Shown here: positions 1 through 12,581 of the stretch, piece by piece
Layout of the letters: every line of letters begins with the position of its first letter
How positions within the stretch are numbered: the stretch's first letter is position 1
Origin: the human T2T-CHM13v2.0 reference genome, Homo sapiens
Reading direction: 5' to 3' (one strand)
Assembly: GCF_009914755.1 (NCBI RefSeq)
Contig: NC_060940.1
Length of the DNA stretch: 64,000 nt
Notes under the pieces: model-generated
The model's database searches: none
Seen by the model: only the letters and a program-made list of their open reading frames with translations
Told to the model about the DNA's origin: nothing
Made by a program: the position numbers and the translations under genes

Positions 1-492
1 ATCTTCGTATAAAAACTAGACAGAATGATTCTCAGAAACTGTTTTGTGATGTGTGCGTTCAACTCACAGAGTTTAACCTTTCTTTTCAAAGAGCAGTTAG
101 GAAACACTCTGTTTGTAAAGTCTGCAAGTGGATATTCATACCTCTTTGAGGCGTTCTTTGGAAACGGGATTTCTTCATATTATGCTAGACAGAAGAATTC
201 TCAGTAACTTCCTTGTGTTGTGTGTATTCAACTCACAGAGTTGAACGATCCTTTACACAGAGCAGATTTGAAACACTCTTTTTCTGGAATTTGCAAGTGG
301 AGATTTCAGCCGCTTTGTGGTCAATGGTAGAAAAGGAAATATCTTCATATAAAAACTAGACAGAATGATTCTCAGAAACTCCTTTGTGATGTGTGCGTTC
401 AACTCACAGAGTTTAACCTTTCTTTTCACAGAGCAGTTAGGAAACACTCTGTTTGTAAAGTCTGCAAGTGGATATTCAGACCTCTTTGAGGC

Positions 493-509
493 CTTCGTTG
501 GAAACGGGA
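493..509 (+). promoter_or_regulatory. CENP-B box (representative; one box position per ~340-bp dimer, ~188 positions in the window)
   Basis: CTTCGTTGGAAACGGGA matches the canonical 17-bp CENP-B box (core NTTCGNNNNANNCGGGN). It recurs in every second monomer and ends CGGGT in dimers D and E. Confidence 0.97.
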
Positions 510-661
510 TTTCTTCATGTTATGCTAGACAGAAGAATTCTCAGTAACTTCCTTGTGTTGTGTGTATTCAACTCACAGGGTTGAACGATCCTTTACACAG
601 AGCAGATTTGAAACACTCTTTTTCTGGAATTTGCAAGTGGAGATTTCAGCCGCTTTGAGGT

Positions 662-678
662 CAATGGTAGAAAAGGAA
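662..678 (+). promoter_or_regulatory. pJalpha / A-box motif of the A-type monomer (representative)
   Basis: CAATGGTAGAAAAGGAA lies at the position equivalent to the CENP-B box in the alternate monomer (169 bp after the box at 493) and resembles the pJalpha site CTAYGGTGRAAAAGGAA. Confidence 0.75.
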
Positions 679-3600
679 ATATCTTCGTATAAAAAGTAGA
701 CAGAATGATTCTCAGAAACTCCTTTGTGATGTGTGCGTTCAACTCACAGAGTTTAACCTTTCTTTTCACAGAGCAGTTAGGAAACACTCTGTTTGTGAAG
801 TCTGCCAGTGGATATTCGGACCTCTTTGAGGCCTTCCTTGGAAACGGGATTTCTTCATATTATGCTAGACAGATTTCTCAGTAACTACTTTGTGTTATGT
901 GTATGCAACTCACAGAGTTCATCCTTCCTTTAGACAGAGCAGATTTGAAACACTCTTTTTGTGGAATTTGCAAGTGGAGATTTCAAGCGCTTCGACGCCA
1001 ATGGTCGAAAAGGAAATATCTTCGTATAAAAACAAGACAAAATCATTCCCAGAAACTGCGTAGTGATGTGTGTGTTTAACTCACAGAGTTTCACCTTTCT
1101 TTTCATACAGAATTCTGGAAACCCTCTGTTTGTAAAGTCTGCAAGTGTATATTTGGACCTCTTAGATGCCTTCGTTGGAAACGGGATTTCGTCATATAAT
1201 GGTAGAGGGAAGAATTCTCAGTAACTTCTTTGTGTTGTCTGTATTCAACTGACAGAGTTGAACCTTCCTTTAGACAGAGCAGATTTGAAAGTCTCTTTTT
1301 GTGGAATTTGCAAGTGGAGATTTCAAGCGCTTTGAGGCCAAAAGCAGAAAAGGAAATATTTTCCTATAAAAACTAGACAGAATCATTCTCAGAAACTGCT
1401 CTGTGATGTGTGCGTTCAACTCACACAGTTTAACTTTTCTTTTCATTCAGCAGTTTGGAAACACTCTGTTTGGAAAGTCTGCACGTGGATATTTTGACCT
1501 CTTTGAGGCCTTCGTTGGAAACGGGTTTTATCATGTAAGGCTAGACAGAGGAAATCTCAGTAACTTCCTTGTGTTGTGTGTATTCAACTGACAGGGTTGA
1601 ACCTTCCTTTAGACAGAGCAGATTCGAAACACTCTTTTTCTGCAATTTGCAAGTGGAGACTTCAAGCGCTTTGAGGCCAAAGGCAGAAAAGGAAATATCT
1701 TCGTATAAAAACCCGACAGAATCATTCTCAGAAACTGCTCTGTGATGTGTGCGTTCAACTCACAGAGTTTAACTTTTCTTTTCATTCAGCAGTTTGGAAA
1801 CACTCTGTTTGTAAAGTCTGCAAGTGGATATCTTGGCCTCTTAGAGGCCTTCATTGGAAACGGGTTTTTTCATGTAAGGTTAGACAGAGGAATTCCCAGT
1901 AACTTCCTTGTGTTGTGTGCATTCAACTCACAGAGTTGAATGATTCTTTACACAGAGCAGATTTGAGACACTCTTTTGGTGGAATTTGTTAGTGGAGAAT
2001 TCAGCCGCTTTGAGGTCAACGGTAGAAAAGGAAATATCTTCGTATAAAAACTAGACAGAATGATTCTCAGAAACTTTTTTGTGATGTGTGCGTTCAACTC
2101 ACAGAGTTTAACCTTTCTTTTCAAAGAGCAGTTAGGAAACACTCTGTTTGTAAAGTCTGCAAGTGGATATTCAGACCTCTTTGAGGCCTTCGTTGGAAAC
2201 GGGATTTCTTCATATTATGCTAGACAGATGAATTCTCAGTAACTTCCTTGTGTTGTGTGTATTCAACTCACAGAGTTGAACGATCCTTTACACAGAGAAG
2301 ATTTGAAACACTGTTTTTCTGGAATTTGCAAGTGGAGATTTCAGCCGCTTTGAGGTCAATGGTAGAAAAAGAAATATCTTCGTATAAAAACTAGACAGAA
2401 TGATTCTCAGAAACTCCTTTGTGATGTGTGCGTTCAACTCACAGAGTTTAACCTTTCTTTTCACAGAGCAGTTAGGAAACACTCTGTTTGTGAAGCCTGC
2501 CAGTGGATATTCGGACCTCTTTGAGGCCTTCGTTGGAAACGGGATTTCTTCATATTATGCTAGACAGAAGATTTCTCAGTAACTTCTTTGTGTTGTGTGT
2601 ATGCAACTCACAGAGTTCAACCTTCCTTTAGACAGAGCAGATTTGAAACACTCTTTTTGTGGAATTTGCAAGTGGAGATTTCAAGCGCTTCGATGCCAAT
2701 GGTAGAAAAGGAAATATCTTCGTATAAAAACAAGACAAACTCGTTCCCAGACACTGCGTAGTGATGTGTGTGTTTAACTCACAGAGTTTAACCTTTCTTT
2801 TCATACAGCATTCTGGAAACCCTCTGTTTGTAAAGTCTGCAAGTGGATATTTGGACCTCTTAGATGCCTTCGTTGGGAACGGGATTTCTTCATATAATGC
2901 TAGAGGGAAGAATTCTTAGTAACTTTTTTGTGTTGTGTGTATTCAACTGACAGAGTTGAACCTTCCTTTAGACAGAGCAGATTTGAAAGTCTCTTTTTGT
3001 GGAATTTGCAAGTGGAGATTTCAAGCGCTTTGAGGCCAAAAGCAGAAAAGGAAATATTTTCCTATAAAAACTAGACAGAATCTTTCTCAGAAACTGCTCT
3101 GGGATGTGTGCGTTCAACTCACAGAGTTTAACTATTCTTTCCATTCAGCAGTTTGGAAACACTCTGTTTGGAAAGTCTGCACGTGGATATTTTGACCTCT
3201 TTGAGGCCTTCGTTGGAAACGGGTTTTTTTCATGTAAGGCTAGACAGAAGAAATCTCAGTAACTTCCTTGTGTTGTGTGTATTCAACTGACAGAGTTGAA
3301 CCTTCCTTTAGACAGAGCAGATTCGAAACACTCTTTTTCTGCAATTTGCAAGTGGAGACTTCAAGCGCTTTGAGGCCAAAGGCAGAAAAGGAAATATCTT
3401 CGTATAAAAACCCGACAGAATCATTCTCAGAAACTGCTCTGTGATGTGTGCGTTCAACTCACAGAGTTTAACTTTTCTTTTCATTCAGCAGTTTGGAAAC
3501 ACTCTGTTTGTAAAGTCTGCAAGTGGATATCTTGGCCTCTTAGAGGCCTTCGTTGGAAACGGGTTTTTTCATGTAAGGTTAGACAGAGGAATTCCCAGTA

Positions 3601-3758
3601 ACTTCCTTGTGTTGTGTGCACTCAACTCACAGAGTTGAATGATTCTTTACACAGAGCAGATTTGAGACACTCTTTTGGTGGAATTTGTAAGTGGAGAATT
3701 CAGCCGATTTGAGGTCAATGGTACAAAAGGAAATATCTTCGTATAAAAACTAGACAGA

Positions 3759-5793
3759 ATGATTCTCAGAAACTGTTTTGTGATGTGTGCGTTCAACTCA
3801 CAGAGTTTAACCTTTCTTTTCAAAGAGCAGTTAAGAAACACTCTGTTTGTAAAGTCTGCAAGTGGATATTCATACCTCTTTGAGGCGTTCTTTGGAAACG
3901 GGATTTCTTCATATTATGCTAGACAGAAGAATTCTCAGTAACTTCCTTGTGTTGTGTGTATTCAACTCACAGAGTTGAACGATCCTTTACACAGAGCAGA
4001 TTTGAAACACTCTTTTTCTGGAATTTGCAAGTGGAGATTTCAGCCGCTTTGTGGTCAATGGTAGAAAAGGAAATATCTTCATATAAAAACTAGACAGAAT
4101 GATTCTCAGAAACTCCTTTGTGATGTGTGCGTTCAACTCACAGAGTTTAACCTTTCTTTTCACAGAGCAGTTAGGAAACACTCTGTTTGTAAAGTCTGCA
4201 AGTGGATATTCAGACCTCTTTGAGGCCTTCGTTGGAAACGGGATTTCTTCATGTTATGCTAGACAGAAGAATTCTCAGTAACTTCCTTGTGTTGTGTGTA
4301 TTCAACTCACAGGGTTGAACGATCCTTTACACAGAGCAGATTTGAAACACTCTTTTTCTGGAATTTGCAAGTGGAGATTTCAGCCGCTTTGAGGTCAATG
4401 GTAGAAAAGGAAATATCTTCGTATAAAAAGTAGACAGAATGATTCTCAGAAACTCCTTTGTGATGTGTGCGTTCAACTCACAGAGTTTAACCTTTCTTTT
4501 CACAGAGCAGTTAGGAAACACTCTGTTTGTGAAGTCTGCCAGTGGATATTCGGACCTCTTTGAGGCCTTCCTTGGAAACGGGATTTCTTCATATTATGCT
4601 AGACAGATTTCTCAGTAACTACTTTGTGTTATGTGTATGCAACTCACAGAGTTCATCCTTCCTTTAGACAGAGCAGATTTGAAACACTCTTTTTGTGGAA
4701 TTTGCAAGTGGAGATTTCAAGCGCTTCGACGCCAATGGTCGAAAAGGAAATATCTTCGTATAAAAACAAGACAAAATCATTCCCAGAAACTGCGTAGTGA
4801 TGTGTGTGTTTAACTCACAGAGTTTCACCTTTCTTTTCATACAGAATTCTGGAAACCCTCTGTTTGTAAAGTCTGCAAGTGTATATTTGGACCTCTTAGA
4901 TGCCTTCGTTGGAAACGGGATTTCGTCATATAATGGTAGAGGGAAGAATTCTCAGTAACTTCTTTGTGTTGTCTGTATTCAACTGACAGAGTTGAACCTT
5001 CCTTTAGACAGAGCAGATTTGAAAGTCTCTTTTTGTGGAATTTGCAAGTGGAGATTTCAAGCGCTTTGAGGCCAAAAGCAGAAAAGGAAATATTTTCCTA
5101 TAAAAACTAGACAGAATCATTCTCAGAAACTGCTCTGTGATGTGTGCGTTCAACTCACACAGTTTAACTTTTCTTTTCATTCAGCAGTTTGGAAACACTC
5201 TGTTTGGAAAGTCTGCACGTGGATATTTTGACCTCTTTGAGGCCTTCGTTGGAAACGGGTTTTATCATGTAAGGCTAGACAGAGGAAATCTCAGTAACTT
5301 CCTTGTGTTGTGTGTATTCAACTGACAGGGTTGAACCTTCCTTTAGACAGAGCAGATTCGAAACACTCTTTTTCTGCAATTTGCAAGTGGAGACTTCAAG
5401 CGCTTTGAGGCCAAAGGCAGAAAAGGAAATATCTTCGTATAAAAACCCGACAGAATCATTCTCAGAAACTGCTCTGTGATGTGTGCGTTCAACTCACAGA
5501 GTTTAACTTTTCTTTTCATTCAGCAGTTTGGAAACACTCTGTTTGTAAAGTCTGCAAGTGGATATCTTGGCCTCTTAGAGGCCTTCATTGGAAACGGGTT
5601 TTTTCATGTAAGGTTAGACAGAGGAATTCCCAGTAACTTCCTTGTGTTGTGTGCATTCAACTCACAGAGTTGAATGATTCTTTACACAGAGCAGATTTGA
5701 GACACTCTTTTGGTGGAATTTGTTAGTGGAGAATTCAGCCGCTTTGAGGTCAACGGTAGAAAAGGAAATATCTTCGTATAAAAACTAGACAGA
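3759..5793. repeat. 12-mer HOR structural variant, copy 2
   Basis: Same markers as 25-2059 at offset 3734 (ORFs 897/4631, 1403/5137, 1742/5476). Confidence 0.92.
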
Positions 5794-8700
5794 ATGATTC
5801 TCAGAAACTTTTTTGTGATGTGTGCGTTCAACTCACAGAGTTTAACCTTTCTTTTCAAAGAGCAGTTAGGAAACACTCTGTTTGTAAAGTCTGCAAGTGG
5901 ATATTCAGACCTCTTTGAGGCCTTCGTTGGAAACGGGATTTCTTCATATTATGCTAGACAGATGAATTCTCAGTAACTTCCTTGTGTTGTGTGTATTCAA
6001 CTCACAGAGTTGAACGATCCTTTACACAGAGAAGATTTGAAACACTGTTTTTCTGGAATTTGCAAGTGGAGATTTCAGCCGCTTTGAGGTCAATGGTAGA
6101 AAAAGAAATATCTTCGTATAAAAACTAGACAGAATGATTCTCAGAAACTCCTTTGTGATGTGTGCGTTCAACTCACAGAGTTTAACCTTTCTTTTCACAG
6201 AGCAGTTAGGAAACACTCTGTTTGTGAAGCCTGCCAGTGGATATTCGGACCTCTTTGAGGCCTTCGTTGGAAACGGGATTTCTTCATATTATGCTAGACA
6301 GAAGATTTCTCAGTAACTTCTTTGTGTTGTGTGTATGCAACTCACAGAGTTCAACCTTCCTTTAGACAGAGCAGATTTGAAACACTCTTTTTGTGGAATT
6401 TGCAAGTGGAGATTTCAAGCGCTTCGATGCCAATGGTAGAAAAGGAAATATCTTCGTATAAAAACAAGACAAACTCGTTCCCAGACACTGCGTAGTGATG
6501 TGTGTGTTTAACTCACAGAGTTTAACCTTTCTTTTCATACAGCATTCTGGAAACCCTCTGTTTGTAAAGTCTGCAAGTGGATATTTGGACCTCTTAGATG
6601 CCTTCGTTGGAAACGGGATTTCTTCATATAATGCTAGAGGGAAGAATTCTTAGTAACTTCTTTGTGTTGTGTGTATTCAACTGACAGAGTTGAACCTTCC
6701 TTTAGACAGAGCAGATTTGAAAGTCTCTTTTTGTGGAATTTGCAAGTGGAGATTTCAAGCGCTTTGAGGCCAAAAGCAGAAAAGGAAATATTTTCCTATA
6801 AAAACTAGACAGAATCATTCTCAGAAACTGCTCTGTGATGTGTGTGTTCAACTCACAGAGTTTAACTTTCTTTTCATTCAGCAGTTTGGAAACACTCTGT
6901 TTGGAAAGTCTGCACGTGGATATTTTGACCTCTTTGAGGCCTTCGTTGGAAACGGGTTTTTTCATGTAAGGCTAGACAGAAGAAATCTCAGTAACTTCCT
7001 TGTGTTGTGTGTATTCAACTGACAGAGTTGAACCTTCCTTTAGACAGAGCAGATTCGAAACACTCTTTTTCTGCAATTTGCAAGTGGAGACTTCAAGTGC
7101 TTTGAGGCCAAAGGCAGAAAAGGAAATATCTTCGTATAAAAACCCGACAGAATCATTCTCAGAAACTGCTCTGTGATGTGTGCGTTCAACTCACAGAGTT
7201 TAACTTTTCTTTTCATTCAGCAGTTTGGAAACACTCTGTTTGTAAAGTCTGCAAGTGGATATCTTGGCCTCTTAGAGGCCTTCGTTGGAAACGGGTTTTT
7301 TCATTTAAGGTTAGACAGAGGAATTCCCAGTAACTTCCTTGTGTTGTGTGCATTCAACTCACAGAGTTGAATGATTCTTTACACAGAGCAGATTTGAGAC
7401 ACTCTTTTGGTGGAATTTGTTAGTGGAGAATTCAGCCGCTTTGAGGTCAATGGTAGAAAAGGAAATATCTTCGTATAAAAACTAGACAGAATGATTCTCA
7501 GAAACTGTTTTGTGATGTGTGCGTTCAACTCACAGAGTTTAACCTTTCTTTTCAAAGAGCAGTTAGGAAACACTCTGTTTGTAAAGTCTGCAAGCGGATA
7601 TTCAGACCTCTTTGAGACCTTCGTTGGAAACGGGATTTCTTCATATTATGCTAGACAGATGAATTCTCAGTAACTTCCTTGTGTTGTGTGTATTCAACTC
7701 ACAGAGTTGAACGATCCTTTACACAGAGCAGATTTGAAACACTGTTTTTCTGGAATTTGCAAGTGGAGATTTCAGCCGCTTTGAGGTCAATGGTAGAAAA
7801 GGAAATATCTTCGTATAAAAACTAGACAGAATGATTCTCAGAAACTCCTTTGTGATGTGTGCGTTCAACTCACAGAGTTTAACCTTTCTTTTCACAGAGC
7901 AGTTAGGAAACACTCTGTTTGTGAAGCCTGCCAGTGGATATTCGGACCTCTTTGAGGCCTTCGTTGGAAACGGGATTTCTTCATATTATGCTAGACAGAA
8001 GATTTCTCAGTAACTTCTTTGTGTTGTGTGTATGCAACTCACAGAGTTCAACCTTCCTTTAGACAGAGCAGATTTGAAACACTCTTTTTGTGGAATTTGC
8101 AAGTGGAGATTTCAAGCGCTTCGATGCCAATGGTAGAAAAGGAAATATCTTCGTATAAAAACAAGACAAACTCGTTCCCAGACACTGCGTAGTGATGTGT
8201 GTGTTTAACTCACAGAGTTTCACCTTTCTTTTCATACAGCATTCTGGAAACCCTCTGTTTGTAAAGTCTGCAAGTGGATATTTGGACCTCTTAGATGCCT
8301 TCGTTGGAAACGGGATTTCTTCATATAATGCTAGAGGGAAGAATTCTTAGTAACTTCTTTGTGTTGTGTGTATTCAACTGACAGAGTTGAACCTTCCTTT
8401 AGACAGAGCAGATTTGAAAGTCTCTTTTTGTGGAATTTGCAAGTGGAGATTTCAAGCGCTTTGAGGCCAAAAGCAGAAAAGGAAATATTTTCCTATAAAA
8501 ACTAGACAGAATCATTCTCAGAAACTGCTCTGTGATGTGTGTGTTCAACTCACAGAGTTTAACTTTCTTTTCATTCAGCAATTTGGAAACACTCTGTTTG
8601 GAAAGTCTGCACGTGGATATTTTGACCTCTTTGAGGCCTTCGTTGGAAACGGGTTTTTTTCATGTAAGGCTAGACAGAAGAAATCTCAGTAACTTCCTTG

Positions 8701-11700
8701 TGTTGTGTGTATTCAACTGACAGAGTTGAACCTTCCTTTAGACAGAGCAGATTCGAAACACTCTTTTTCTGCAATTTGCAAGTGGAGACTTCAAGCGCTT
8801 TGAGGCCAAAGGCAGAAAAGGAAATATCTTCGTATAAAAACCCGACAGAATCATTCTCAGAAACTGCTCTGTGATATGTGCGTTCAACTCACAGAGTTTA
8901 ACTTTTCTTTTCATTCAGCAGTTTGGAAACACTCTGTTTGTAAAGTCTGCAAGTGGATATCTTGGCCTCTTAGAGGCCTTCGTTGGAAACGGGTTTTTTC
9001 ATGTAAGGTTAGACAGAGGAATTCCCAGTAACTTCCTTGTGTTGTGTGCATTCAACTCACAGAGTTGAATGATTCTTTACACAGAGCAGATTTGAGACAC
9101 TCTTTTGGTGGAATTTGTTAGTGGAGAATTCAGCCGCTTTGAGGTCAACGGTAGAAAAGGAAATATCTTCGTATAAAAACTAGACAGAATGATTCTCAGA
9201 AACTGTTTTTTGATGTGTGCGTTCAACTCACAGAGTTTAACCTTTCTTTTCAAAGAGCAGTTAGGAAACACTCTGTTTGTAAAGTCTGCAAGTGGATATT
9301 CAGACCTCTTTGAGGCCTTCGTTGGAAACGGGATTTCTTCATATTATGCTAGACAGATGAATTCTCAGTAACTTCCTTGTGTTGTGTGTATTCAACTCAC
9401 AGAGTTGAACGATCCTTTACACAGAGCAGATTTGAAACACTGTTTTTCTGGAATTTGCAAGTGGAGATTTCAGCCGCTTTGAGGTCAATGGTAGAAAAGC
9501 AAATATCTTCGTATAAAAACTAGACAGAATGATTCTCAGAAACTCCTTTGTGATGTGTGCGTTCAACTCACAGAGTTTAACCTTTCTTTTCACAGAGCAG
9601 TTAGGAAACACTCTGTTTGTGAAGCCTGCCAGTGGATAATCGGACCTCTTTGAGGCCTTCGTTGGAAACGGGATTTCTTCATATTTTGCTAGACAGAAGA
9701 TTTCTCAGTAACTTCTTTGTGTTGTGTGTATGCAACTCACAGAGTTCAACCTTCCTTTAGACAGAGCAGATTTGAAACACTCTTTTTGTGGAATTTGCAA
9801 GTGGAGATTTCAAGCGCTTCGATGCCAATGGTAGAAAACGAAATATCTTCGTATAAAAACAAGACAAACTCGTTCCCAGACACTGCGTAGTGATGTGTGT
9901 GTTTAACTCACAGAGTTTAACCTTTCTTTTCATACAGCATTCTGGAAACCCTGTGTTTGTAAAGTCTGCAAGTGTATATTTGGACCTCTTAGATGCCTTC
10001 GTTGGAAACGGGATTTCTTCATATAATGCTAGAGGGAAGAATTCTTAGTAACTTCTTTGTGTTGTGTGTATTCAACTGACAGAGTTGAACCTTCCTTTAG
10101 ACAGAGCAGATTTGAAAGTCTCTTTTTGTGGAATTTGCAAGTGGAGATTTCAAGCGCTTTGAGGCCAAAAGCAGAAAAGGAAATATTTTCCTATAAAAAC
10201 TAGACAGAATCATTCTCAGAAACTGCTCTGTGATGTGTGCGTTCAACTCACAGAGTTTAACTTTTCTTTTCATTCAGCAGTTTGGAAACACTCTGTTTGG
10301 AAAGTCTGCACGTGGATATTTTGACCTCTTTGAGGCCTTCGTTGGAAACGGGTTTTTTTCATGTAAGGCTAGACAGAAGAAATCTCAGTAACTTCCTTGT
10401 GTTGTGTGTATTCAACTGACAGAGTTGAACCTTCCTTTAGACAGAGCAGATTCGAAACACTCTTTTTCTGCAATTTGCAAGTGGAGACTTCAAGCGCTTT
10501 GAGGCCAAAGGCAGAAAAGGAAATATCTTCGTATAAAAACCCGACAGAATCATTCTCAGAAACTGCTCTGTGATGTGTGCGTTCAACTCACAGAGTTTAA
10601 CTTTTCTTTTCATTCAGCAGTTTGGAAACACTCTGTTTGTAAAGTCTGCAAGTGGATATCTTGGCCTCTTAGAGGCCTTCGTTGGAAACGGGTTTTTTCA
10701 TGTAAGGATAGACAGAGGAATTCCCAGTAACTTCCTTGTGTTGTGTGCATTCAACTCACAGAGTTGAACGACTCTTTACACAGAGCAGATTTGAGACACT
10801 CTTTTGGTGGAATTTGTAAGTGGAGAATTCAGCCGCTTTGAGGTCAACGGTAGAAAAGGAAATATCTTCGTATAAAAACTAGACAGAATGATTCTCAGAA
10901 ACTGTTTTGTGATGTGTGCGTTCAACTCACAGAGTTTAACCTTTCTTTTCAGAGAGCAGTTAGGAAACACTCTGTAAAGTCTGCAAGTGGATATTCAGAC
11001 CTCTTTGAGGCCTTCGTTGGAAACGGGATTTCTTCATATTATGCTAGACAGATGAATTCTCAGTAACTTCCTTGTGTTGTGTGTATTCAACTCACAGAGT
11101 TGAACGATCCTTTACACAGAGCAGATTTGAAACACTGTTTTTCTGGAATTTGCAAGTGGAGATTTCAGCCGCTTTGAGGTCAATGGTAGAAAAGGAAATA
11201 TCTTCGTATAAAACCTAGACAGAATGATTCTCAGAAACTCCTTTGTGATGTGTGCGTTCAACTCACAGAGTTTAACCTTTCTTTTCACAGAGCAGTTAGG
11301 AAACACTCTGTTTGTGAAGCCCGCCAGGGGATATTCGGACCTCTTTGAGGCCTTCGTTGGAAACGGGATTTCTTCATATTATGCTAGACAGAAGATTTCT
11401 CAGTAACTTCTTTGTGTTGTGTGTATGCAACTCACAGAGTTCAACCTTCCTTTAGACAGAGCAGATTTGAAACACTCTTTTTGTGGAATTTGCAAGTGGA
11501 GATTTCAAGCGCTTCGATGCCAATGGTAGAAAAGGAAATATCTTCGTATAAAAACAAGACAAACTCGTTCCCAGACACTGCGTAGTGATGTGTGTGTTTA
11601 ACTCACAGACTTTAACCTTTCTTTTCATACAGCATTCTGGAAACCCTCTGTTTGTAAAGTCTGCAAGAGGATATTTGGACCTTTTAGATGCCTTCGTTGG

Positions 11701-12581
11701 AAACGGGATTTCTTCATATAATGCTAGAGGGAAGAATTCTTAGTAACTTATTTGTGTTGTGTGTATTCAACTGACAGAGTTGAACCTTCCTTTAGAGAGA
11801 GCAGATTTGAAAGTCTCTTTTTGTGGAATTTGCAAGTGGAGATTTCAAGCGCTTTGAGGCCAAAAGCAGAAAAGGAAATATTTTCCTATAAAAACTAGAG
11901 AGAATCATTCTCAGAAACTGCTCTGTGATGTGTGTGTTCAACTCACAGAGTTTAACTTTCTTTTCATTCAGCAGTTTGGAAACACTCTGTTTGGAAAGAC
12001 TGCACGTGGATATTTTGACCTCTTTGAGGCCTTCGTTGGAAACGGGTTTTTTTCATGTAAGGCTAGACAGAAGATATCTCAGTAACTTCCTTGTGTTGTG
12101 TGTATTCAACTGACAGAGTTGAACCTTCCTTTAGACAGAGCAGATTCGAAACACTCTTTTTCTGCAATTTGCAAGTGGAGACTTCAAGCGCTTTGAGGCC
12201 AAAGGCAGAAAAGGAAATATCTTCGTATAAAAACCCGACAGAATCATTCTCAGAAACTGCTCTGTGATGTGTGCGTTCAACTCACAGAGTTTAACTTTTC
12301 TTTTCATTCAGCAGTTTGGAAACACTCTGTTTGTAAAGTCTGCAAGTGGATATCTTGGCCTCTTAGAGGCCTTCGTTGGAAACGCGTTTTTTCATGTAAG
12401 GTTAGACAGAGGAATTCCCAGTAACTTCCTTGTGTTGTGTGCATTCAACTCACAGAGTTGAATGATTCTTTACACAGAGCAGATTTGAGACACTCTTTTG
12501 GTGGAATTTGTAAGTGTAGAATTCAGCTGCTTTGAGGTCAACGGTAGAAAAGGAAATATCTTCGTATAAAAACTAGACAGA

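Larger units (their letters stand above)
25..2059. repeat. 12-mer HOR structural variant (2035 bp; extra B/A hybrid dimer)
   Basis: Dimer starts near 25, 365, 705, 1040, 1380 and 1720, with the next A at 2060. Private markers include a 3-bp deletion (AGACAGATTTC, ~871), TTCGACGCC, CACACAGTT and GACAGGGTTG. Confidence 0.92.
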
